64,000 bases of DNA, taken from the NCBI GenBank assembly GCA_950097015.1, contig CATNEN010000002.1, forward strand, positions 3,534,001-3,598,000, given 5' to 3'. Every line of letters begins with the position of its first letter. The stretch's first letter is position 1. This document shows positions 55,774 to 64,000 of this stretch, in pieces. The translations under genes and the position numbers were made by a program. Under the pieces are notes generated by a model. The model ran no database searches and had not been told where the DNA came from. It was given only the letters and a program-made list of their open reading frames with translations. The stretch is from Macrostomum hystrix. Its lineage: Eukaryota; Animalia; Platyhelminthes.

Positions 55774-58557
55774 GTCTCTGGCATCTTCATATTCTTCGTA
55801 ATCATCGTCTTCTTCGTCTGAGGGCTCAATTTCTCTAGTCAGAGAAGTCTGACAGCTCTGATGCACGAGGCTTGGGCTGCATTGAGACTGATGTTCTGAC
55901 ATTTCTCTTGAAATGACTGACTGGTTTCGGTTCACTGTAATGGCAGGAGGCTCAGCTTCTACCTGTAGTTCTTCCTTCTGAACCTTTTCTTCGTTGGACT
56001 TTTCCGGCGGTCGTCTGGATAGGCTGTCTGCATTTCCATGCTTCGCTCCACTTCTATGCTCAATATCATATTGGAATTCGCTCAATCTCTCAATCCATCT
56101 TCCTAGGATTCCTTGCGCCTCGGTCTGTCTCAGTAACCATAAGATTGCCTTATGATCTGTGCGAGCCAGGAACCGTTTGCCTATCAGGTAGAACTTGAAA
56201 TGCTTCATCCCGTCTACTAGTGCAAGTAATTCCTTCCTTGTAATCGGGTATCTCTTTTCAGACTCCTTCATTGCCCTGCTAAAATATGCTATGGGCCTTT
56301 CAACTCCATCAGATTGAATCTGACCTAGGCAGGCGCCGATTCTTCCATCGCTAGCATCTGTATCAAGTACCATTCTTACATTTTCATCATCCGTGAACTC
56401 AGGATATGCCAGTACTTCAGTGGAAGTCATCTTCCTTTTGAGTAGCTCAAAAGCTTCATCATGTTTTTTAGTCCACTTCTCCTTAAAGTTCTGGATTCCT
56501 TTCTTGGTTAACTGGAATAGCGGATGCGCTGCTTCGGCATAGTTCTGGACAAATCTACAATAGTAGTTACATAGTCCGAGGAAGCTTCTTAACTCCTTGA
56601 CATCCTGTGGTGTTGGCCAAGTCTGGATTGCCTCTATTTTGGCAGGATCTGTACTTATTCCTTCTCTTCCAGCAACATGACCTAGATATTTCAATTCCTT
56701 TTGAAACAGATTACACTTCTTAGGTCTCAGCTTCAGTCCAGCAGTTGATAGTCTTTGAAATACTTCTCGTAGGTGGCTCATATGATCTTCAAATTCCTTT
56801 GAATACGTAACGATGTCATCAATGTAGGACATAGCGTACTTGTGCTGAATACCCATTAACACTAGGTTCATCAGTCTCTGGAATGTTCCTGGGGCATTTG
56901 ATAAGCCCTGAGCCATCACTTGGTATTCAAACTGTCCTCGAGTCAAGGTGGAGAACGCCGTCATGAACTTATGCTCCTCCTTGATGGGTACCTGCCAGTA
57001 ACCGGAATTCAAGTCTAGGCTACTGAAGTAGTTGCTTCCAGTCAGATGCGAGAAAGTCTCTTGTATGTTCGGCAATGGGTATGGATAATAGTTGACACGA
57101 GAATTCAACACTCGAAAGTCACTAACAATCCTGATAGTTCCATCTTTCTTTGGCACTATCACCAATGGTGTCGAGTATGTACTATAGCAAGGTCTTATTA
57201 AACTCTTTGCAAGCATGTCGTCAAGCTGTTCATCTACTTGCTTCTGTAGATGTGGTGGAATTCTGCGTGTTGGAATCCTGACCGGAGTAGCATCTTTTAA
57301 TGAGATCTCATGGGTTACCAGGTGGGTCAGACCCATGTCTTGATTATTCTGAGAAAAGGCTGATTTATTCTCCTTTACTAACTCAATTACTCTTGCTCTT
57401 TGCTCTGTTGTTAGCTCTTCACTGATGTTAATCTCTTTGATCCATTCATCATCATTCTCCTCAGCTTTATTGCTCTTTACTGTCTTGATTCCTCCATCAG
57501 TCTTTGCATTAGGTAGTTTTTCCTCTTCCTGACTATTTAGGTAAACTAGATCTTTTATTTTTAATGGCTTTGCAACTCCAATGAAAGTTGACTTGGATAA
57601 GCGAACATCGCTATTTTGCTGGTTGATTACTTCCACTACACCTTCTCCGTTCGTCATTGTTACAAGAGTCGGACTTATTTCCAGACTACCTTCTTTTGTG
57701 ATTATATTGCCTCCAGATCGCTCAATTACCATGGGTGTACCATGATTTGCTTCATTATTTCTGGCTAATTTTACAGGTATTCTCAATGCACTATTAGCTG
57801 GTATAACAACTCTTTCTTGGCAAAATACTCGGCAGACTCGGACTGGTAATTTAGTGAATCGAATAGGAAGGCAGATTCCATCCTTCATCATCAACATTCC
57901 TTTTGTGAAGCTGACATTCTCGCAATGATTCATAAAAAACTCCATGCCTAGGATATCATCACAGTCGTGACTGCACAGCAAAAACTCTGTCTCGATTTCA
58001 ACATCTCCAAATCTGACCTTTGTCGTAACTTCACCTTCAATTCTGACTTTCGATCCATCAAATGTGGTTACTCTTCTATCTGACGGCTCAATTTCATGAC
58101 TTTTGAACATCTTTTTCCATGAACACTTACTAAGAAAATTATGACCGGCTCCAGTATCTAACAAGAAATCAACTTTCTGTTTCCGAATCTCTCCACTTAC
58201 AACAGCTTCACGTCCTTTCTTAATCGGTTCTTCATATTCACTGGTTTCTGGGGTAATGTCGGCATGTACTTCTGTACTTTTAATCTTCTTATTCAAGTTT
58301 CCACGCGCAGGTGCATAATCGCATTTAGGTGCAAGCGACTTATTTACAGTGGGTGCAGTAGGTGCATAATAATTCGCACGACTATTTACACTCTTCTTTG
58401 GCAAATATAACTTATTATACTCGTCACTTTGCTTATGTACAAACTTCTTCTGATTAACCTTGTATGCATTATTTACAAATTCAGAGGCCTGAGCTTCGTA
58501 TTTTCTATTTCTTGAGGGACGTGGCCTCGTAGTTCGACCCTCGGCAATCAGTTTCCC
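55774..58557 (-). pseudogene. Gypsy pol 5' part (PR-RT-RH), cut by the LINE
   Basis: LLDTGA, YIDDIV and DTDAS; the -1 frame is open from GGGAAAC at 58557-58551. Confidence 0.93.
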
Positions 58558-59543
58558 TGCGCCCGATAGCGCGGTTGTCTGGACTCCTGGCAGAATCTGG
58601 CCATATGACCTGGCTTTCCACAGTTGAAGCAGGTTCTGGGTTGCTGCTGTTGCTGCATCGTTGGCTGTGGCCTGTTATTAGTACGGAAACCTACCTGCTG
58701 CTGATGGCTAGGAGGGTGTTGAGATCTGACAGCCTGGGCGTAAGTCTGACGCTGTGGACTCTGTAGAAACTGCTGCTGCTGTTGCATTGGCTGTTGCTGA
58801 TAGCCATCTTTCTTCTCTGTTAGTTCTTGTAGCATTTTCCGTTGCTGAGCCAGCTCCATCATCTGTTTCCTCACCAGTTCTTCTAACCTTTCCCGAGCAA
58901 GCTTCTCTTGTTGGTTCTCTTCATCTTCCTTGGCCATTCTTACACCAGAATTATTTCTGTGTGACATGCACCAGGCAGCCTCTATGCGCCTGAGAATTCT
59001 CTTCGCATCCTGCAGATTCGCTGGCTGGGCGAAAATCAGCTTTTCTCTAGTCTCTGTCGGAATCTTGGCTCCCCTAATGAACTGTTCCACCAGCTCTTCT
59101 TCTCGCTGTTCTATCGTCATATTAGGAAATGCCCTTGCGGCTAATTCAATCAAGCAATCAGAAAATGCTTCAGCAGATTCATTTCTTCCTTGCATCCTTC
59201 CTCGGAATTCCTCACGACATTCCGTAGAACTGCCAGTTCGTCCGAATCGCTCAATAAGTCTGTCCTTGAACTCTTGATATTCTAGATCTTCAGGGAGGTT
59301 CATTCGTTGAACTGCAGCGAAGGCAGTTGATAAGTCCAGATTGGCAAGCATTTCCTGCTTCCTGTTTTCTTCTGGAAAATCATCTGCATCACATCGGAGA
59401 TCAAATGCCAGCAGCCACATCCTGATGTCTTGGCCTGGCTTAAATTTCTCAATTTTCACATGGCGTGTTGGCCCGATCTCAAGTCTGTTTCTCAGTTCCT
59501 CGGCTAGCATAGCCATTAAATCTTGAGCTTGTGCCTGATTCAT
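58548..59543 (-). CDS. Gypsy gag
   Basis: Capsid-like region, Gln-rich tract, CFNCGKPGHMARFC; ends QGN-stop on the slippery site. Confidence 0.93.
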   Translation of the reverse strand: MNQAQAQDLMAMLAEELRNRLEIGPTRHVKIEKFKPGQDIRMWLLAFDLRCDADDFPEENRKQEMLANLDLSTAFAAVQRMNLPEDLEYQEFKDRLIERFGRTGSSTECREEFRGRMQGRNESAEAFSDCLIELAARAFPNMTIEQREEELVEQFIRGAKIPTETREKLIFAQPANLQDAKRILRRIEAAWCMSHRNNSGVRMAKEDEENQQEKLARERLEELVRKQMMELAQQRKMLQELTEKKDGYQQQPMQQQQQFLQSPQRQTYAQAVRSQHPPSHQQQVGFRTNNRPQPTMQQQQQPRTCFNCGKPGHMARFCQESRQPRYRAQGN

Positions 59544-62500
59544 TTTGTTTTAATCGCTGCTTCTCTAATCCCACCGCTGCCACCAAAGTTGTACTAGGGC
59601 TTTTACTTCTTTTTACCTAATTCTACTGAATGCCACCAAAGTTGTTCTTGGGCTATTTTAATAATTCCACTGCTGTTGACTCAACTAATAGATAATTTTA
59701 AATGGCGGTCCTTAAATGGGCCGTTTTAACTTCTCAAATGGTAGCGTTTATATATGCACGAGCGGTAACTAGGCAACTGTACACGTTTCCAGTCAATTAG
59801 GCGTCCCCGAGATTAGAGTTTAGCAGTTTCTCTTCTGTAATATTCTTAGTATAATTCCTGAGTATAATTCTGATTATATCTCTCACTGCTATTTCTTCTT
59901 TAAAATGAATAACACAATGCAATACCTTCGGAAATTTGCTTTTTAACACACTTAAAAACTCTTTTTACAAACACACTAAAACTGCTTTAATTTTAACTCT
60001 TTACACACTTCAAATTATCTCACTTTAAACTCACTCTTTAAACTCTTGAAAACACCTTAGAACACTTGCCTTTAACTTCAACTTCTTACAAGAAAACTTC
60101 GGAGACACTTTAGACTCTTTAACACTTTTGTTTGCCCTTTTTATTTTTCCTGGTCAAAACTCGCGGCTATTTATACAGAGCAAATTGACATTTTGTTAAA
60201 ACGATAATATTTTACAAAGTATTATTTACAGGATACAGTATTAGAACAAAATTATTTACATAAGCATTACTTTCAATACGGTACAAAGATAAACAAAAAT
60301 CTTTTTTTTGGCGCATTTTTGATTTTATTTATTTTTACAATTTTTATAATAGAAAGAACGTATTTATAAAGTGGCTAACTGTTACAAATAAAATTAATCA
60401 TTTTTGCATAACATATAAGAGCCTATTTGAGATCAGAAATATACAATTATTAGAAAATAAGCATAGCTAGATAAAAATAATAATATAGAGCCTAGATAAG
60501 ATAAAGGCCTACCTACTCTACTGAGCTTTCGAAATTGCAAAACTAACTTAGCTAACAGTCAATCTAAGAGTTATACTCGTATATGCACAATTACATCGAA
60601 ACCAGATACAAAAGTAGATTGCTGAGACTTAGTAAGCTATTGTATTAACAGCCCAGTAAATAGTTCCACATAACACTCCGTATCTTCAAAAGTTTAGTTT
60701 CACCCACCCTCCAGTCTTTCAAAAACGGTAGTACCACACGCTGTTTAAGGTAATAAACTGGTAAAAAATGCAAAAATACAGACAAAACGAACTCATGTAT
60801 ACGTTAATGACACGCGCAGACGCGAAAAGTCATTAAAAAATATACATTTTACACGATTAAAAGTATCCAAATTTAATTAACATCAACAGAAAAGTAAAAT
60901 GACTTAATACAAGATCAATCGATTATCAGTTCTCGCAAAATTAATTTTAAGCAATTTTATTTTGTTAGTTTCGTTAGCTGCGGCAATCGGGCTAAAAGTA
61001 GCGGGACTGCCGCCACGGACTGCTACGCTCGCTGACAATAGTAGGAGTCAGCTATCGTCGCAGTTTTGCCGAAAAAATGTATTATTGATTTATTGGCTTA
61101 GAACGATCATAAATGCATCGATCATTTGTTCTTGAAGCTTAAATCGATTTTAAATTGCGATTTTGCAAGGTTAAAATTGAAATCGCAGAAGCAGCGACGG
61201 TAGCATTCGGCCCGCTGTCGGGCCGCCGAAACTTTTCCCAGCGGGTTCTCGCCGCCCTCCGTGGGCGCGGGCTCGAATACCACGATGGTCACCCCGGTAG
61301 GCAGTGACACAGTGCGCCAGCCGTCCGTTGTACCTTGCGGACGTCGCAACAGCACTCCTTCAATCACGAGTGACTCTGTCCTGCGTTTACCACGTGGCTC
61401 AGGGTGGCGGACACCGTCGTTGACAAAATCTTCAGCCTGGATTACTGCGACTTACCTCTCCACTGCGCCAACCAATTCGATGTCAGTGCGCCTGGAACCG
61501 TGAATCCGACGACGCAAACGGGAGTGCATGGTTTCAAAGAGTCATGCTGACTGTCAGTGCAGTGGCCCGGCTAGCAGAACGGATGGCAGCATGTTACAGC
61601 ACACCTGGTGGCTGTTGTACGTGAGGGCCCTCAGTGAGCATAGGCGCGGTAGGGCGGCATGAAAATGCCGGAGAGTTATTTCGACATGCCGCAATTCGCT
61701 TCTTGGGTCACCCTCCAAGGTCATCTAGAATACAGCAGAGGATAGGAGAAACAGGTGCCAGTAGTGTTCCGGTGGCAGAAATTTCCCCAAGCACCATCGG
61801 GCCGAACGCTAGGATCCAGACTGCTAGCTCGTGGCCACGAAAGTGACGGAGGTCTCAGCTCACGCGCACCGTGTGGCATTGAAGAATGCAGGCACTTGCA
61901 GGATGTATTGAAATGGGATTCGCCCACCCATTGCAGATTGCCTGGCAGCGAGTAGCTGATGGTGTTGCCTAGGTTGGCGGAAAACATTCGCACGCCAAAC
62001 TCTAAGCCGGGCTGCTGCTGCTCATTGAGTGCCGACAGCAGACTGGGCAACTGTTATACCTAGAACGGGCCGGACTGTGTAATGTGACAATCTTTTCCTT
62101 GGTCAATCTACATGTAAAAATGGTCTAAATCAACATACCATGGTACTTATAGAAGACTAGATTTATATTCATCCTTTCTCACTCGTTTTTTGTATCTAGC
62201 TTGTTCTGAAATTTTGGTATGTGAAAATTGCCAGGAAAACAATCGGCTGCAAAAACAGAGCAACACTGATGAGATGAGATAACATGTTTCATAGCAAATG
62301 GTACCCAAATTATCATCGACACACTGTGTTAAATCTGTAGCTCCCCAGTCAGGTCTGTTTGGGGTCGAAAAGCCTTCATAATTGAGCGTCAGGACAGTAA
62401 AGTACGTTTCTTATTTTGCAGAATGCAGGTCACATTTCAGCGTCAGTTTCGTTACTGGCTTTTTTATTCTAGTCTTTTATCACTAACAGTTTAAACACCA

Positions 62501-62734
62501 ACAGTAGCTGTTTTTTTATTTTAATTATTAGGCTTTGATTGGGTTCAAAAATAAATAGTAAGTACTTTCAATTTGCTATTGTGAAAGCAAATATTATTGT
62601 TTTCTTTATTACTACTTTTCTCGCTGTGAGATAAGAATAAAAGTTTTTTCCAAGTGTAGCAGCAAGTTTTATTCGATACTAAACTGACGAAATAGTTTTG
62701 AGCATAGCTACAAGCGTAGTCGAAACCCAAACTA

Positions 62735-63642
62735 TACTGTCTAACAAAAGTTCTTGTACGGTTGCTTCTGTTGCTTCTAGTATCCATAATTTCCATCCGA
62801 TTCAAATGAAAATTAGTGCAAATCAAAGCTGGGAATCCCTGCAACATTTTCTGTTTCACCGTATTTTTTATTCTGGAGTGGCTCGGAACAGCTTGCCGTT
62901 TAGCACAGACAGGTCGAATAAAAAGTGACAGAATGACATAGAGCAAGCAGTCTATGGCCAACTTTCTTCACGCGCTGACAAACTCCACAGAGTGTCTAGG
63001 AAGCCTTCTGTCGATCGATCGCTCTGTGTGTGGGGTTTGCTTTACTTCTTCACAGATAATCAGATATGGTCATTGGTGACAGAATTCGTTGCCGCAAATT
63101 TGGTCGCATAGTGCTGAACAGTAGATTTTGGCACGACGAGATGGTTTGCAATCCTGCCAAGCGACCAGCCTGCGTCCTCTCGAAGCGAAACGATTCTCCA
63201 ACGAATTTCTTGGCTCACAACAGGCATGTCTCTCAGAAAGGGCAAGTTAAGTCATGGAACTTTGCGAGGAAGCACAGGGTTATACAGTGTGCGACAGTTT
63301 AGGCCATAGACATGTCGCGTGGGGTGAAGAAGTAAAGCAAACCCCACACACAGAGCGATCGATCGACAGAAGGCTTCCTAGACACTCTGTGGAGTTTGTC
63401 TGCGCGTGAAGAAAGTTGGCCATAGACTGCTTGCTCTATGTCATTCTGTCACTTTTTATTCGACCTGTCTGTGCTAAACGGCAAGCTGTTCCGAGCCACT
63501 CCAGAATAAAAAATACGGTGAAACAGAAAATGTTGCAGAGATTCGCAGCTTTCATTTGCACTAATTTTCATTTGAAACGGATGGAAATTATGGATACTAG
63601 AGGCAACAGAAGCAACCGTACAAGAACTTTTGTTAGACAGTA
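62735..63642 (-). mobile_element. Internally deleted Tc1-like element with ~320-bp TIRs
   Basis: Arms 62735-63053 and 63324-63642 are near-perfect inverted copies with TA flanks. The spacer encodes an HTH start, RWRIVSLREDAGWSLGRIANHLVVPKSTVQH (63060-63245). Confidence 0.85.
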
Positions 63643-64000
63643 TAGAAAAAATGTCAAGCATAGCTAAAAGCGTTATGCTCGAAAATTGTTAAAACTAAAA
63701 AAGAATGACTTCAAGCGTTATTGGATTCGAAACTAACTGAACTGTTCGAGCACACATAGCTATTAGCAATATTTTATTTTCAAAACGAAATAAAATTGTT
63801 TTTAGCATTGCTCCAATCGTTATTTGATTCAGAACTAGAAGAAAATATGTTTGCACAGCTAGAAAAGTTATTCGTTTTGCATTTTTACTTTATTTGAGCA
63901 TTTGCTTTATTTGAGCAAAGTGATTCAAAACTAAATGAAGACTGTTTGAGCATGCGTAGCTTTTAGCGTCTTTTAACGAAAGAAAAGTGCTACGAGCATA

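Larger units (their letters stand above)
47861..60386 (-). mobile_element. Full-length Gypsy element with ORF3, disrupted by a LINE
   Basis: LTRs at 47861-48658 and 59590-60386, TSD AATA, PPT AGAGAGGGAAGT, tRNA-Leu PBS at 59567-59585. Confidence 0.96.

Noticed and set aside
53746-55838. Long plus-strand ORFs opposite the LINE and other antisense ORFs inside pol genes
   Set aside because: They are shadows of sense-strand codon bias and purine-rich tracts.
18764-60386. Uni-strand (flamenco-like) orientation bias
   Set aside because: Insertions occur on both strands (five minus, three plus).
17860-61240. Terminal inverted repeats for the CMC element (CCCGCT at ~17864 vs AGCGGG near 61000 and 61230)
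   Set aside because: Only a 6-bp match with no consistent TSD; the termini remain undefined.

Overview
Eukaryotic (metazoan, probably invertebrate) DNA that is almost entirely a nest of transposable elements. The only host gene I recognise is ERCC8/CSA (WD40), with three minus-strand exons at 528-745, 858-1077 and 3142-3249; its first exon is not identified with certainty. From 1 to 18 kb there are two satellites, several TIR MITEs (one only 42 bp), two decayed DUF4806-like genes, a mariner with one stop codon and a decayed piggyBac. From 18.7 to 60.4 kb an old EnSpm/CACTA-type (CMC) element (transposase plus a DUF4806-like gene) is split by six LTR insertions, each with its TSD: four full-length Gypsy elements, one gag/pol-deleted derivative and one solo LTR. 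Two further elements are nested inside these. The strongest candidates for new biology are (i) a family of non-env third ORFs after pol in three Gypsy elements, two of them behind a very conserved CCAAT/TATA block, one copy kept intact in the element that lost gag-pol, and (ii) a full-length RTE-like LINE (51550-55773) whose first base is G1 of an HDV-like ribozyme fold, followed by a 2A-like NPGP peptide, a possible -1 slippery site, APE-RT and four C-terminal zinc-finger-like motifs. There is no rRNA, tRNA gene or CRISPR array. Family names come from motifs recognised by eye and need HMM or Repbase confirmation.
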